From: Rhodothermales bacterium | Lineage (GTDB): Bacteria > Bacteroidota > Rhodothermia > Rhodothermales > Bin80 | Length of the DNA: 64,000 nucleotides | Direction of reading: 5' to 3' | Assembly (NCBI GenBank): GCA_951812585.1 | Contig: OX638318.1 | Location: forward strand, 1,794,380-1,858,379 | Shown: positions 9,273-21,059 of the stretch, piece by piece | How positions within the stretch are numbered: the first letter of the stretch is position 1 | Layout: the number at the start of each line of letters is the position of its first letter | Program-made: the position numbers and the translations under genes | The notes under the pieces: generated by a model | Told to the model about the DNA's origin: nothing | Database searches by the model: none | What the model saw: the letters and a program-made list of their open reading frames with translations, nothing else

Positions 9273-10742
9273 TCAGGTCAGGATGCCCTGCACAACATGG
9301 GCCTCTTCAACGCCCGTCAGCTTGTGGTCGAGTCCGCGAAACTTCACCGTCAGACGCTCGTGGTCAATGCCGAGCTGATGCAGGAGTGTGGCGTTAAGGT
9401 CGCGGATATGGACGGGGTTCTCTACGATGTTGTACGAAAAATCGTCGGTGCGACCGTACTCGAAGCCTGGCTTGATGCCGCCGCCGGCCATCCACAGGGA
9501 GAAGCATCGTCCATGGTGGTCACGACCGGAACTCGGATGCCCGAGCGCTCCCTGGCTGTAGACCGTGCGCCCAAACTCACCACCCCAGACTACCAGTGTC
9601 TCATCCAACAGGCCTCGACGCTTCAGGTCTTTCACCAGTGCCGCGGACGCCTGGTCCACATCTCGACACTGCATGGGCAGCTGCTGCCTGAGCGCAATGT
9701 GCTGATCCCACCCCCGATGGAAAAGCTGCACAAAGCGCACGCCCCGCTCAATCATGCGCCGGGCCAGTAGACAGTTCGCGCTGTAGCTGCCTGCCTTGCG
9801 GGATTGTGGCCCGTACAAGTCGAAGACCTCGTCAGGCTCATCAGACAGATCCGTCAGCTCCGGTACAGCTATCTGCATCCGGTACGCCATCTCGTAGGCT
9901 TCGATGCGGGCCAGCGTCTCAGCATCGCCAACCTCAGCTGCCTGCTTCTGATTCAGCGCGGCGAGGTCATCAAGCATCCGGCGGCGCTGTGTGCGCGTGA
10001 TACCCGGCGGATCCTGCAAGTACAGCACCGGATTGATGCCCGGCCGGAGTAGGACGCCCTGATGACTGGAGGGCAGATAGCCGTTGCCCCACAGACGCGC
10101 AAAGATCGGTTGGCCGGGATTCTTGCCGCTGCCCTGTGACAGTAGCACCACATACGCCGGCAGGTTCTCGTTTTCGCTGCCAAGCCCGTAGCTGAGCCAG
10201 GCGCCCAAGCTGGCATGCCCGATCTGCTGCGAGCCGGTATTGATGAAGGTGATGGCCGGGTCGTGATTGATTGCCTCCGTGTACATCGACTTGATGATGC
10301 AGATGTCGTCGGCGATCGTCTGGATGTGTGGTAAGAGGTCGCTGATCCATGTGCCGTGCACGCCGCATTGCCGCATAGGCCACCACGGCGCGACCACCGG
10401 AAAGGAATCCTGTCCCGCGGTCATGCCCGTCAGCCGCTGCTTACCCCTTACCGATGGCGGCAGCTCCGTAGCATGCAGGTCACGCTGCGCAGGCTTGTAG
10501 TCAAAGAGATCAACATGCGATGGGCCACCCGACTGAAACAGATAGATGATGCGCTTGGCCTTCGGCACGAAATGCGGGCCTGGAGGGAAGCGGCCCACGT
10601 TTCGGCCTGGGACCTTGGGCACAAGTCCAAACATCCCGGGAAACAGCAGCGACGCCAGTCCCAAACGGCCGATGCCGCGCGATGCTTGCCCCAGGAAGGT
10701 GCGCCGCGTAAGCAATGCTTCGTGTTCGCAGCAAGGATGCAT
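9273..10742 (-). CDS. DUF1501 domain protein (Tat-type signal)
   Basis: TRRTFL signal, [31 protein letters not shown]...WDQH, GEFGRT, RDHH. Confidence 0.93.
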   Translation of the reverse strand: MHPCCEHEALLTRRTFLGQASRGIGRLGLASLLFPGMFGLVPKVPGRNVGRFPPGPHFVPKAKRIIYLFQSGGPSHVDLFDYKPAQRDLHATELPPSVRGKQRLTGMTAGQDSFPVVAPWWPMRQCGVHGTWISDLLPHIQTIADDICIIKSMYTEAINHDPAITFINTGSQQIGHASLGAWLSYGLGSENENLPAYVVLLSQGSGKNPGQPIFARLWGNGYLPSSHQGVLLRPGINPVLYLQDPPGITRTQRRRMLDDLAALNQKQAAEVGDAETLARIEAYEMAYRMQIAVPELTDLSDEPDEVFDLYGPQSRKAGSYSANCLLARRMIERGVRFVQLFHRGWDQHIALRQQLPMQCRDVDQASAALVKDLKRRGLLDETLVVWGGEFGRTVYSQGALGHPSSGRDHHGRCFSLWMAGGGIKPGFEYGRTDDFSYNIVENPVHIRDLNATLLHQLGIDHERLTVKFRGLDHKLTGVEEAHVVQGILT

Positions 10743-13700
10743 CAGCTCCGGGTGATCGTTTCGCTAAGGTTGAGCAGAAGGCTGGCAACGACCGACCACG
10801 CTGCATGCTCGGCCAGATTTAGCGCCTCGTTGCGCCGGGACTCGCCTACGCTCAGGTAGGCCTCGGCCCGTTCGATGTCTTGGCTGAAGGCTGCATATTC
10901 TTCTTCGAGGCGACTGGCGAGAATGCGCGTCGTGGCCCGGTCTGCCTGGTGGCCCGTGGCCTCTTCAAACGCAAAGGCTATGCGATCATCGGGCGCAACC
11001 TGCAGGATGCGTTCCGCGAAGGCGCGGCTTGCTTCGACAAACTGCGGATCGTTAAGCAGAACCAGGGCCTGGAGCGGCGTGTTGGTTTGTTCCCGTGCAA
11101 CTGTGCACACCTCGCGCGTGGGCGCATCAAACATCATCATGGCCGGCGGCGGCGCTGTGCGTTTCCAGTACGTGTAGAGGCTGCGGCGGTACAGCTTCTC
11201 CCCGTGATCCTGCACGAACGTCTGTGCTGTCGCGGGCGTGCTTCCGTAGTGGCTGACCTCTTTCCACAAGCCCGGTGGCTGATACGGATGGACGCTGGGT
11301 CCACCGAGTCGCGGCACCAGAAGCCCGCTGACCTTCAGTGCGCCGTCGCGAATGAGCTCCGCCGGCAAACGATACCGCGCGCCCCGGGCCAAGAGCGCGT
11401 TGTTGGGGTCCAAGGCCAAAAGCGCCGGCGCAGCGTCGGACGACTGGCGGTAGGTGGCTGACAGGACAATCTGTTTCACCAGTGCTTTGACGTCGTAGCC
11501 CGACGCCACGAAGGAGGTTGCCAGATAGTCAAGCAGCGCGGGGTGCGATGGCAGTGCGCCGCGCGCGCCAAAGTCTGCCGGCGTGGCAACAAGGCCGCGG
11601 CCAAAGAAGAGCTGCCAAAACCGGTTGACCGCAACGCGAGCGGTCAAAGGGTGGTCCGGCCGAAAAAGCCACTGCGCAAAAGCCAGACGTGACAGCGACG
11701 AGTCCTGCGCTAAAGGGGGCAAAAACGCCGGTACGCCGGGCGTAACCAGTTCCGTAGGCTGGTCATACTGTCCGCGATGCAGAACGTGCGTGGGGCGAGG
11801 CGACGCGGCGCTCACCATCACCATGGTCGGAAAGGGCTCCGTAAGCACCTTCAGGCGCTCTGCCAGGTTGGCCTCCTCAAAGCGGAGATGGGCCGCCTCG
11901 TCTGCCATCTCAAAGAAGGTTGCCTGCAGCAGCGAATCTTGCGCGGCGGTGCGCTCCTCGGCAGCAGTCAGAAGCGCTTCCTGCACCGCCGGCACAAGCA
12001 GGGAACCATCATCTTCACCCTCCATCGCATAAACTCTGAAGTGGCCTGCAATCTGGTTGCTGCCCTGGCCGAAATTCAGCATCACCGTGAAATGCCGCGC
12101 CTCCGAAACACTGAGCGGCTCCGCCAGCGTCAGCGTGACATGCTGGGTTGTCACACTGGTCAGGGGCGACCAGCCATTGATCCGGCGATGGTCCAGCGCA
12201 TCCAACGCAGGATACCCGTCCCGCGCTGAGGTGGCCGTGATCCACCGGATGGGCCGCGCCAGGTGCGGGTCAACCTGTTCAGAAGGCTGTGCGCCCGCGG
12301 TCACATGGACGCTGGTGAGCACAAAACCGCCTTCGGGGCCATGGCCCAAGTGCCCGTTCACGCTCGGATAGAACACGATTCGCAGTCCCGTGACAGGCGA
12401 GGGCAGGGCGTCGGCGGTCAGCGTGACGTTGTAGGCGGCAAAACCGGCCGGCTGTGCGATGCGGACCGAGCCATCCGCCTGGATCTCGCCAGTGAAGCCG
12501 CTGTTGGGCGTTGTGATGCCCTGGGCTTTAAGCGCATGCAGCGCCAGGCCCCGTCCGCGTGCTGCCAGGCGTGCCCGCTGGGCCACTTCCCAGGCAGCCT
12601 GATCAGGACTGGCCTGGCTGAGCGTGGTCCACACGCTTGCCAGGGCGGCTTCTACGGCGGCAATCTCTTCATCCGTGGCTAGCGCAGTCGTGGCTTCCAT
12701 GGACGGAATCGGATTGATGCCGCTGTTGCCGTCCAGGCCACGTTCTTCGATGGTGTTGAAGAACGAAAAGAGGCGGTAGTAGTCGCGCTGCGATATCGGG
12801 TCATACTTGTGATCGTGACACTGCGCACACGCCAGCGTGAGTCCCAGAAACACTTCGCCGGTCGTCTTGACGCGGTCAGCGACGTAGTTGGTGAGGTTCT
12901 CCTCCGGGATGGTGCCGCCCTCATGCGTGATCATGTGGTTGCGGTGAAACCCTGTCGCGACATGCTGCGCCTCGGTCGGATCAGGCAAGAGGTCACCGGC
13001 CAGCTGCTCGGTGACAAAAACATCAAACGGCTTGTTCTCGTTGAACGCCGCGATGACCCAGTCCCGCCAAATCCACATGTGGCGTCCGCCGTCGATGGAG
13101 TAGCCGTTGGTATCCGCATACCGCGCCAGATCAAGCCAGTGCAGCGCCATGCGCTCGCCGTAATGCGGCGACGCCAGGAGGCGGTCCACGACGCGCTCGT
13201 AGGCGTCTGGCGCAGCATCCGTTACAAAGGCGCGCACCTCCGCCGAGGATGGCGGCAGTCCGGTCAGGTCCAAGTAAAGCCGTCGGATGAGTGTGCGCCG
13301 GCTGGCTTCTTCCAAAGGCGCGAGTCCTTCCCGCTCCAGGCGCGCCAGCACGAAGCGATCCAGGTTGCCGCGCGGCCAGCGCCGGTCCCTTACGGCGGGG
13401 ATGGCCGGCGCTGCGGGCGGCAGGAAAGCCCAATGCGGTTTCCACTCTGCACCTTGCACGACCCATCGGCGAAGGATCGCGATATCCCTGTCGGACAACT
13501 GATGCGGCGCGTCGGGTGGCGGCATCCGCTCTCTTGCAATCGGCGAGGTGATGCGCCGAATGAGTTCGCTGGCGGCCGGCTGGCCCGGCACCACCACGAA
13601 CCGCCCGGAATCACCCTCCAGCGGTGCGAAGAGGCCCGCCCGGGTATGCAGGGTCAGATCCTTTTTGCGACTCTCGGCGTCGTGGCCGTGGCACAAGAAG

Positions 13701-13849
13701 CAGTGCTCAGCGAGAATCGGCTTGACATGGAAGTTGTAGTCGACGACATCCGGCAGCGACCCCTGTTCATGCGGAGTGCAAGCCGCGAAGGACAGCACGC
13801 CAAAGGCGGCTGCGAAGCCCCAAATTGCTCGATGCCACGGCACGGTCAC
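10742..13849 (-). CDS. PSCyt1/DUF1549/DUF1553 planctomycete-type cytochrome c protein
   Basis: CFLCH and [11 protein letters not shown] haem motifs, [33 protein letters not shown]; coupled to the DUF1501 gene. Confidence 0.93.
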   Translation of the reverse strand: MTVPWHRAIWGFAAAFGVLSFAACTPHEQGSLPDVVDYNFHVKPILAEHCFLCHGHDAESRKKDLTLHTRAGLFAPLEGDSGRFVVVPGQPAASELIRRITSPIARERMPPPDAPHQLSDRDIAILRRWVVQGAEWKPHWAFLPPAAPAIPAVRDRRWPRGNLDRFVLARLEREGLAPLEEASRRTLIRRLYLDLTGLPPSSAEVRAFVTDAAPDAYERVVDRLLASPHYGERMALHWLDLARYADTNGYSIDGGRHMWIWRDWVIAAFNENKPFDVFVTEQLAGDLLPDPTEAQHVATGFHRNHMITHEGGTIPEENLTNYVADRVKTTGEVFLGLTLACAQCHDHKYDPISQRDYYRLFSFFNTIEERGLDGNSGINPIPSMEATTALATDEEIAAVEAALASVWTTLSQASPDQAAWEVAQRARLAARGRGLALHALKAQGITTPNSGFTGEIQADGSVRIAQPAGFAAYNVTLTADALPSPVTGLRIVFYPSVNGHLGHGPEGGFVLTSVHVTAGAQPSEQVDPHLARPIRWITATSARDGYPALDALDHRRINGWSPLTSVTTQHVTLTLAEPLSVSEARHFTVMLNFGQGSNQIAGHFRVYAMEGEDDGSLLVPAVQEALLTAAEERTAAQDSLLQATFFEMADEAAHLRFEEANLAERLKVLTEPFPTMVMVSAASPRPTHVLHRGQYDQPTELVTPGVPAFLPPLAQDSSLSRLAFAQWLFRPDHPLTARVAVNRFWQLFFGRGLVATPADFGARGALPSHPALLDYLATSFVASGYDVKALVKQIVLSATYRQSSDAAPALLALDPNNALLARGARYRLPAELIRDGALKVSGLLVPRLGGPSVHPYQPPGLWKEVSHYGSTPATAQTFVQDHGEKLYRRSLYTYWKRTAPPPAMMMFDAPTREVCTVAREQTNTPLQALVLLNDPQFVEASRAFAERILQVAPDDRIAFAFEEATGHQADRATTRILASRLEEEYAAFSQDIERAEAYLSVGESRRNEALNLAEHAAWSVVASLLLNLSETITRS

Positions 13850-13861
13850 GCAGCAGGTCAG

Positions 13862-15700
13862 TTACCAGGCGATCCCATAGTCTTCTCCGTGGTGGCTGGC
13901 GCCGCCCCAGAGCGTGCCGTGGGCGCGATCAAAGAAGATGGCCGTGATCGGCCCCGACGTGCGGGCGCTGAACGTTGTCGTGTATCCCATTTCGCGCAGT
14001 CTGGCCCGCACCCACGGCGGCGTTGCATCCTGGAGCAGCAGGCGGCCCGGCCGAGACTCGTGCTCGCCGAAGGATCCGCGCAGCTGAAAACTGTTGATGT
14101 TTGCCGCTTCCACGGACTGCTGCACATCCATGCCGAACTCCACCATGTTCAGGAAGAACTGTAGCAGGTTCTGATCTTGGCTGTCGCCCCCCTGCACCGC
14201 AAAAGACAGGTAGGGCTTGCCATCTTTCAGGGCCATGCCCGGCGTCAGCGTGGCGCGCGGACGCTTGCCGGGTTCCGCTACATTGTATGGATTCTCGGAC
14301 GGGTCCAGCACAAAGCTCTGCATGCGCTGACTGAGGCCGATGCCCGTCCGTCCTGCAATCACGGCAGGGATCCAGCCGCCACTCGGCGTGATCGACACAA
14401 CCCAGCCCTCCGCGTCCGCTGCCTGAATGGATGTGGTCCCGGCATAGAAATCTTCCTCGTAGCCCGCGTCGCTTGTCTCAGCGCCGGGGTCAGGCACCCA
14501 ATCCTCCAAGTAGTGGAGATAGGGATTTTCGCCGCCCTGGAACGGATACGGATCGCCCGGCTTGGTGTCGGGATTGTTCTTGTCCCAGTCAATGGTTTCT
14601 ACGCGCGCTTTGGCGTACTCCTCGGACAGCAGGCCTTCAAGCGGCTCCTCGGGCGGGTAGTAGGGATCGCCGTAGTAAAAGTCCCGATCCGCAAACGCCA
14701 TGTTCATCACCTGATACAGGGCATGAATGTAGCGTACGCTGTTATAGCCCATCGCCTTCAGGTCAAGGTATTCCAGCATGTTGAGCGCCTGCAGCATCAC
14801 AGGGCCCTGCACCCAGGAGGTCAGCTTGTACACCTCGATGTCCTTGTACGTCGTCATCACAGGCTCCTCCAGGTGGACCTCCCACCGGTCGAGGTCTTCC
14901 ATCGTGATCAGGCCGCCTTGCTCTGCTGTGCCGCGCACGATCTCCTGGGCGATGTCTCCACGGTAAAAGCGGTCGTAGGCCGCGTAGATTGCTTCTTTGC
15001 GAGACTGGCCCGCGGCCAGTGCTTCGGCTTCGGCGTCGATGAGCTTCTGCAGGGTGTTGGCCAAATCCTGCTGTCGGAAGATTTCTCCCGGCCGCGGCGC
15101 TTCGTACTCCTCCCCGAAGTTGGGCAGCATCACGCTCCGTGAGTAGGGCCACTTCTTCAGTCTGTCCTTGTTGCTTTCAATGCTCCGCGAGGCTTGCGCC
15201 TCGATAGGATAGCCGATGGCCATCTCCAGCGAAGGTTCGAGCACATCTGCCAGGCTCAGCGTGCCGAATTCGGCGAGCATCACCATGAGGCCACCCGGCG
15301 TGCCCGGCGTGACGGCCGCGAGCGGCCCGAACTCCGGGGGGTATTGCAGGTCCTGATCCTTGTAGAACGCGGCCGTCGCTCCGGTCGGCGCAACGCCCAG
15401 CGCATTGATGCCGATGACCTTGCCGGTATTCGGGTTGTATATGAGGGCCTGGGTTTCGCCGCCCCAGCTCAGAACATCCCACATTGTGGAGGTAGCGCCA
15501 AGCATCGCACAAGCGGCGTCCACAGCATTACCGCCCTTGGCAAACATCATCGCACCGGCTGTAGCGCCCAAGGGTTTTCCTGTGATCGCAACCCAGTGCT
15601 GTCCATGCAGGACTGGTTTTACGGTGCGTTGCGCTGCGGCCCTGCCGGCGGGCAGCAGCAAGAGCACCGCCAGCGTCAGGAGGGAGTAAGCATGCTTCAT
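13862..15700 (-). CDS. ggt: gamma-glutamyltransferase family protein
   Basis: GGNAVDAA, GINALG, catalytic TTS (GTTSIQAAD), PGKRP, QGGD; signal peptide. Confidence 0.92.
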   Translation of the reverse strand: MKHAYSLLTLAVLLLLPAGRAAAQRTVKPVLHGQHWVAITGKPLGATAGAMMFAKGGNAVDAACAMLGATSTMWDVLSWGGETQALIYNPNTGKVIGINALGVAPTGATAAFYKDQDLQYPPEFGPLAAVTPGTPGGLMVMLAEFGTLSLADVLEPSLEMAIGYPIEAQASRSIESNKDRLKKWPYSRSVMLPNFGEEYEAPRPGEIFRQQDLANTLQKLIDAEAEALAAGQSRKEAIYAAYDRFYRGDIAQEIVRGTAEQGGLITMEDLDRWEVHLEEPVMTTYKDIEVYKLTSWVQGPVMLQALNMLEYLDLKAMGYNSVRYIHALYQVMNMAFADRDFYYGDPYYPPEEPLEGLLSEEYAKARVETIDWDKNNPDTKPGDPYPFQGGENPYLHYLEDWVPDPGAETSDAGYEEDFYAGTTSIQAADAEGWVVSITPSGGWIPAVIAGRTGIGLSQRMQSFVLDPSENPYNVAEPGKRPRATLTPGMALKDGKPYLSFAVQGGDSQDQNLLQFFLNMVEFGMDVQQSVEAANINSFQLRGSFGEHESRPGRLLLQDATPPWVRARLREMGYTTTFSARTSGPITAIFFDRAHGTLWGGASHHGEDYGIAW

Positions 15701-15728
15701 AGCAATAGAAATCTGGTTAGAGGCGAAG

Positions 15729-15776
15729 CTGCATTGGATATTCCATTGGGCGTTCCATTGGGTATTCCATGGGACA
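15729..15776. repeat. four imperfect 12-bp tandem direct repeats (ttccattgggNN) in the ribBA-ggt intergenic region
   Basis: ctgcattggata / ttccattgggcg / ttccattgggta / ttccatgggaca read directly from the sequence. Confidence 0.8.
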
Positions 15777-15807
15777 TTTCAGCGCAGCGCTGTCCGAAAT
15801 GCGCTGC

Positions 15808-17049
15808 CTACAAGGTACGCCGCAGCGATTCGCCCGTCGTGAGCTCTGGCAGTATGTGGCCCATGCGATCCCGCTTGGTGCGGAGGTATGACGCGTTGGC
15901 ATCGTTGGCGGGGATCTCTATCGGGACACGCTCGGCGATTTCGAGTCCGTAGCCGTGCAGGCCCACGCGCTTGGTGGGGTTGTTGGTCATGAGCTTGAGC
16001 TTGCGAATGCCCAAGGCCCGAAGAATCTGGCATCCTATGCCGTAGTCGCGATGGTCCATCCGAAAGCCCAGCGCCTCGTTGGCCTCCACCGTATCCAATC
16101 CTTGCTCCTGCAGCTCGTAAGCGCGCAGTTTGTTGATGAGCCCGATCCCGCGCCCTTCCTGCTTCATATAGAGAATTACGCCACAGCCTTCGGCCTCGAC
16201 GCGCTGGATGGCCTTGCTCAGCTGGTCGCCGCAGTCACAACGGTGCGACCCGAAAATGTCGCCCGTCACGCACTGGGAATGCACACGGGTAAGCACGGGC
16301 GTGTCTTCGTTCCATGTGCCCTTGTACAACGCGAGATGCACCTCGCGCGTCAACGTTTCTTCAAAGGCGGCCAGCTTGAACATCCCGTACTTTGTTGGGA
16401 GTGCCACATCGGCCACGCGGCGTATCAGCGTTGTGCGCTGCATGCGATACGCGACCAGATCGCTGATGGTGATGATCCGCATCTTATGGCGTGCGGCAAT
16501 CTCCATTAGCTCATGCACCCGGGCCATGGTGCCGTCGGCGTTCATGATTTCAACAAGCGTGCCGACCGGCGCAAATCCCGCCAGTTCGCAGAGATCCACG
16601 GTAGCTTCCGTGTGCCCCGTGCGCCTGAGCACGCCACCCGGGTGCGCGCGCAGCGGAAACACATGTCCTGGACGCGCAAAGTCGGCAGGCTTCGCATTGG
16701 GGTCGGCCAGCGCACGTATGGTTGCGGCCCGGTCCGCGGCGCTGATCCCGGTGGAGGTGTTGCGCCGGTAATCCACCGAAACGGTGAACGGCGTCTCGTA
16801 CAGACCCGTGTTGCGCTGCACCATCATCTCCAGCTCCAGCGCCAGGGTGCGCTCCTGAGACATGGGAACGCAGATCAGTCCACGCCCGACTGTGGCCATG
16901 AAGTTGACCAGCGCCGGCGTGATGGTCTGGGCCGCACCGATGAAGTCCCCTTCATTCTCGCGATCTTCGTCGTCTACGACGATCACCAGCTTGCCGGCGC
17001 GAATGTCGGCGATAGCATCTTCGATGGCATCGAAGGTATCGCGCTGCAT
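15808..17049 (-). CDS. ribBA: bifunctional DHBP synthase / GTP cyclohydrolase II
   Basis: [52 protein letters not shown]. Confidence 0.98.
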   Translation of the reverse strand: MQRDTFDAIEDAIADIRAGKLVIVVDDEDRENEGDFIGAAQTITPALVNFMATVGRGLICVPMSQERTLALELEMMVQRNTGLYETPFTVSVDYRRNTSTGISAADRAATIRALADPNAKPADFARPGHVFPLRAHPGGVLRRTGHTEATVDLCELAGFAPVGTLVEIMNADGTMARVHELMEIAARHKMRIITISDLVAYRMQRTTLIRRVADVALPTKYGMFKLAAFEETLTREVHLALYKGTWNEDTPVLTRVHSQCVTGDIFGSHRCDCGDQLSKAIQRVEAEGCGVILYMKQEGRGIGLINKLRAYELQEQGLDTVEANEALGFRMDHRDYGIGCQILRALGIRKLKLMTNNPTKRVGLHGYGLEIAERVPIEIPANDANASYLRTKRDRMGHILPELTTGESLRRTL

Positions 17050-17125
17050 GGCCTGAGGCGTTGTGCGGTGGGCGCCGTGGCAAGTCCGGCGGGGTCCGCC
17101 AACTCACCGGGGTGCTGCGCCGCGG

Positions 17126-17434
17126 TTAACCTTTTGGGTTGACGCGGGCTAAAGCACTCTTTTCAAAACGAATCTTTACGTTGGTGTACACTTCTACCAG
17201 CACGCTCTCGTCATCCACCTGAAGCACGGTGCCATGGACGCCGCCCGCTGTGACCACCTTGTCATTCTTGCGCACGGCAGCGATCATGGCCTTGCGCTCA
17301 TTTTCGCGCTTCTTCTGCGGCCGGATGATGAAGAAGTAAAAGATCAGAAAGAGAAACAGGAACAGCAGCAGCATGGAGGTCAGACCCCCCTGGCTACCTC
17401 CTATTGCCTGCAGCATTGCTACTACGAGATTCAT
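17126..17434 (-). CDS. yajC: preprotein translocase subunit YajC
   Basis: TM helix followed by IRPQKK, KNDKVVTAGGVHG; start moved to ATG 17434. Confidence 0.95.
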   Translation of the reverse strand: MNLVVAMLQAIGGSQGGLTSMLLLFLFLFLIFYFFIIRPQKKRENERKAMIAAVRKNDKVVTAGGVHGTVLQVDDESVLVEVYTNVKIRFEKSALARVNPKG

Positions 17435-17512
17435 ACCGCTGGTGTGCTCATGGACTTGCCCCGCGAATATACGACAACGCCGAACCATTCTCGCTCGGCG
17501 CGTCAGAAAAAA

Positions 17513-17619
17513 AAGAAGGGCAAGCTTACCGCATCGCGTCGCTTCGACCTCCTACCGCTGCTGCCTTCCGGCCCTGACGGGGTTCAGAGGGAGCTGACCG
17601 TGCGGGACTCGCCCTTCTT
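17513..17619 (-). ncRNA. ffs: signal recognition particle RNA (small, 4.5S type)
   Basis: Minus strand carries GAACCCCGTCAGGGCCGGAAGGCAGCAGCGG (helix 8 with GGAA tetraloop). A 12-bp terminal helix pairs aagaagggcgag with cttgcccttctt and runs into a U8 tract. Confidence 0.93.
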
Positions 17620-17901
17620 CACAAGTCAACGCCGTGCGCCGCAGCGGGTTCCACACTGGACGCACGGACATGCAGGGTGGCCCCCGAACCCGGGGTTGAC
17701 CCCATCCCATGCTGACCAGCAGTGCATGAGCTGCACCCGCCGCACCCCGAACCTCCCGCATCCAGGATAGCTTCCAGCCGATGCACACGAGCCGCGCGGC
17801 GTGTTCGGGCGGGATGCCGCGCGGACCTCAGGCACCAGCGCTGCGCGCATATGCGCGACGGATGTCGCACGGACGCTACAGCGATTCTCCGCTCCTTGTG
17901 C

Positions 17902-20157
17902 TCAAAAGGAGCCGATGACATCCACGCTGATGGCGATGCGATAGCCGCTGGGCACCGCACCGAAGTCGCGTTGCACTTGCCGCAGCCAGTCGCTAAGTCC
18001 AGGGTATACCCGCGGGGCTTTGATCATGATGTGGAAGCGCCACTTGGTCTTCACGCGCGCTATGAAGGCGGGCTCCGGTCCAAGCATTTTGAGCTGGGAC
18101 GGGAGCTGTCGCGTGGCCACATCGCGCCACCGCATTGCAATCTCGCGCGTTCGCTTTTCCTGGGGTCCCCGTGCTTCAATGTTGACCATACGACCATACG
18201 GCGGATAGAAAAGCTGATCGCGTGCCTCCAGCAGTGCGAGTGCAAACCCGATATAGTCGTGCTGCTGAACGTAAGCAAAAATCGGATGGTCGGGGCGGCG
18301 CGTTTGTAGCAGCACTTCGCCGCGCAGCGTATGCCGCCCGGCGCGGCCTGAAACCTGCATCAGGAGCTGGGCCGCATGCTCCTCTGCACGAAAGTCCGGC
18401 AGCCCCATACCGACATCGGCGCTTACCACGCCCACCAGCGTGACGCGACTGAAGTCCAGCCCTTTGGCCACCATCTGTGTGCCCACCAGAATATCGGCTT
18501 CGCCCCGGCCGAACTTGTCCAGGATCGTATAGTGCGCGTCCTTGCGATAGGTGGTATCCAGGTCCATGCGAAGTACACGCGCGTGCGGAAAGTATTCTTT
18601 CAGCTCTTCCTGGACCCGCTGCGTGCCCGTTCCCAGCCGGTCAAAATCCCTGGCTGCGCAGTCTGGACATGTGGATGGAAGGCGTCGGGTCTGCCCGCAG
18701 TAGTGGCATCGGAGTGCGGTCTGGGCTTTGTGGTAGGTCAGCGTAACGGAGCAGTCCGTGCACTCAGGCAGCCATCCGCAGCTCTGGCACTCCCATATGG
18801 GTGCATAGCCCCGTCGGTTTTGCAGCAGGATCACCTGTTCCTGTCGCTTAAGTCGTGCTTCGATGCTTTCGCGCAGCTGCTCCGACAGTGCGCCCCTGAA
18901 GGACTGCTCGCGACGCGCATACCTGAGGTCAACCAAGTCGATTTCCGGCAGCAGTGCAGCTCGCCGGCCAGGTACAGGCACCCGTTCCTTCATCGAAAGC
19001 AGCGTGTACTTGCCAGTGCGCGCGTTGTACAGGCTTTCCAGCGAAGGCGTCGCAGTGCCGAGTATGCAAACGGCATCGCTCATCTTGGCACGCATGACTG
19101 CGACATCGCGCGCATGGTACCGCGGTGCCGGGTCGTATTGTTTATAGGAGGTGTCATGCTCCTCATCCACGACGATCAGGCCCAGCTTCGCGACCGGTGC
19201 CAGCACCGCGGAACGGGGCCCGATTGCCACCGTGCATTGCCCGCTGCGCAAAAGTCGCCAAGCGTCGTAACGCTCGCCGTGGCTCATCCTGGAGTGCAGC
19301 ACCGCAATCTGGTCGCCGAAGCGTGCCCTGAAGCGCTGTACCGTCTGCGGCGTAAGCGAAATTTCCGGCACAAGCACGATGGCCGAGCGATTCTGCCGCA
19401 GCGTTGTCTCCAGCGCCGCCAGATAGACCTCGGTCTTGCCTGATCCGGTTACGCCGTGGAGCAGAAACGTGGTGAAGGACTGCTTTTCCAGTGCAGCATT
19501 GAGCTGGGTGCGTGCCGCTTTTTGCGACTTGTTGAAGGGTGGCGGCCTGGAAGGCGTGCTGGGAAGCGGCCCGTAATCGGGGCGGCGCAGCACCTCTATT
19601 TCTGATTCTTCACAGATGCCCTTGGCGACCAGTCGGCGGGCCGTGGCCGAACTGGCTGCAGCTTCAGATAGGAGCTGTGCCTTGCGCGGTATCGGTTCAC
19701 CGGCTGCTATGTACTGCAGGCAGGCACGGATGATGGCCTTCTCTTTGCTGCCTCGGAGCTGCTCCAGGACATCCTTCAGTCCGTGGGCTGTGGCGAATGC
19801 CGAGGTCGGCCTAAGAAACCGCTCTTTCTTTGGGCGCCGATGCCTGGCGTGCCCACTGGGGAGCGCCGTGCGCAAGACCTCGCCCCAGGCGCACACGTAA
19901 TAGTTCGCAATCCAACGCGTGAGCAACAGCAGCGAGGCGCTGACGGCCGGCTTTTTGTCCAGCACCGCCCGGATCGGGCGCAGCGTTACGTTCAAGTCGG
20001 GCGGCTCACCGTGCTCCGTGATGACGCCTACAACCGTGCGATTCTGCAGTGGCACGCGCACCCGGCATCCTACCCGTGCGGCGGCCACCAAGGCCGGCGG
20101 CACCCGGTAATGATACAGCTGATTTACCGGGAGAGGGAGCGCAACGCCGACAGTCAC
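17902..20157 (-). CDS. priA: primosomal protein N' helicase
   Basis: LHGVTGSGKTEVY, LVPEISLT, VDEEHD, paired CxxC zinc motifs, DILVGTQMVAKGLDF. Confidence 0.98.
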   Translation of the reverse strand: MTVGVALPLPVNQLYHYRVPPALVAAARVGCRVRVPLQNRTVVGVITEHGEPPDLNVTLRPIRAVLDKKPAVSASLLLLTRWIANYYVCAWGEVLRTALPSGHARHRRPKKERFLRPTSAFATAHGLKDVLEQLRGSKEKAIIRACLQYIAAGEPIPRKAQLLSEAAASSATARRLVAKGICEESEIEVLRRPDYGPLPSTPSRPPPFNKSQKAARTQLNAALEKQSFTTFLLHGVTGSGKTEVYLAALETTLRQNRSAIVLVPEISLTPQTVQRFRARFGDQIAVLHSRMSHGERYDAWRLLRSGQCTVAIGPRSAVLAPVAKLGLIVVDEEHDTSYKQYDPAPRYHARDVAVMRAKMSDAVCILGTATPSLESLYNARTGKYTLLSMKERVPVPGRRAALLPEIDLVDLRYARREQSFRGALSEQLRESIEARLKRQEQVILLQNRRGYAPIWECQSCGWLPECTDCSVTLTYHKAQTALRCHYCGQTRRLPSTCPDCAARDFDRLGTGTQRVQEELKEYFPHARVLRMDLDTTYRKDAHYTILDKFGRGEADILVGTQMVAKGLDFSRVTLVGVVSADVGMGLPDFRAEEHAAQLLMQVSGRAGRHTLRGEVLLQTRRPDHPIFAYVQQHDYIGFALALLEARDQLFYPPYGRMVNIEARGPQEKRTREIAMRWRDVATRQLPSQLKMLGPEPAFIARVKTKWRFHIMIKAPRVYPGLSDWLRQVQRDFGAVPSGYRIAISVDVIGSF

Positions 20158-20178
20158 TGCATGAAGGGAAGAACCAGG

Positions 20179-20766
20179 TTACGACTCTGCTTCGGGGTCG
20201 TACAGCATGCCGGTGCACAGACACATCTTTCGCTTCATTCGCGTTAGCACATCGTAGTTGGGGCAGCTCTGGCAACCTTGCCAGAAGATGTTGTCCGAAG
20301 TCAACTCCGAAAAGGTTACAGGCTTGTAGCCAAGCTCGGAATTGATCTTCATCACAGGGAGGCTGGTGGTGATGCCAAAAAGCTTGGCGTTCGGATAGCG
20401 CTCTCGCGACAGCTCAAACGCCTGCCGCTTGATGCGCCGTGCCAGACCCATCCGGCGAAACTGCGGTGCTACAATAAGCCCCGAGTTGGCCGCATACTTG
20501 CCGTGGTCCCAAGTTTCGATGTAGCAGAATCCGGCCACCTCTTGCTGGAGGCTCAGCGCTATCACCGCCTTGCCTTCAGCCATCTTGCCCCGGATGTATG
20601 CGGGCTGGCGCTTCGCTATGCCGGTGCCACGCGCGGCTGCCGCGCGCGCAATCAGGGAGCAGATACGGTCCGCATGGCGATAATGCGCTTCCGTTGCTAC
20701 GAAGATCTGTACGCCTGCAGCCACACTGGGCTCTATCACGGGCAGGGCCAACGCTTCCACGCTCAA
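20179..20766 (-). CDS. GNAT acetyltransferase, ArgA-like (Bacteroidota/Xanthomonas type)
   Basis: GTGIAKR, GFCYIETW, NSGLIV, FGITTS, FWQGCQSC, LCTGMLYDP. Confidence 0.8.
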   Translation of the reverse strand: MSVEALALPVIEPSVAAGVQIFVATEAHYRHADRICSLIARAAAARGTGIAKRQPAYIRGKMAEGKAVIALSLQQEVAGFCYIETWDHGKYAANSGLIVAPQFRRMGLARRIKRQAFELSRERYPNAKLFGITTSLPVMKINSELGYKPVTFSELTSDNIFWQGCQSCPNYDVLTRMKRKMCLCTGMLYDPEAES

Positions 20767-20873
20767 CTAGATGCCTTTCTCGATGAACAGAACCTGAACA
20801 AAAGCGTCTCGGAGCATAATGTTTCTGAATGCCGGGTCAACGAACGCCTCTCTTGCCTGGGCGTTCATGCAGC

Positions 20874-21053
20874 ATGATCGCGACCGTCCCGTCTGCAGAA
20901 TGTCCCTCGTGTGCGTTACCCGTCACTGGTTCGCCTGCTATCTGTCCATACTGCCAGTACGAGTTTCCACGCCGGATGGTCAAGAGCACGTTTATGGCAT
21001 ACGCGTTGGTGCTGGTCTTGCTTTTGGGGTTGCTTGTCAGCTGGCTGGGTTAG
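20874..21053 (+). CDS. small zinc-ribbon protein with C-terminal TM helix
   Basis: CPSC...CPYC followed by a hydrophobic helix; ends 6 nt before the roxA-like gene. Confidence 0.7.
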   Translation: MIATVPSAECPSCALPVTGSPAICPYCQYEFPRRMVKSTFMAYALVLVLLLGLLVSWLG

Positions 21054-21059
21054 GGTCCA

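Noticed and set aside
17620-17760. Alu domain of a large (Bacillus-type) SRP RNA
   Set aside because: gcgggaggttcggggtgc resembles it superficially, but the CCC/UGU helix partners are missing and the SRP terminal helix closes at 17619/17513 into a U tract.
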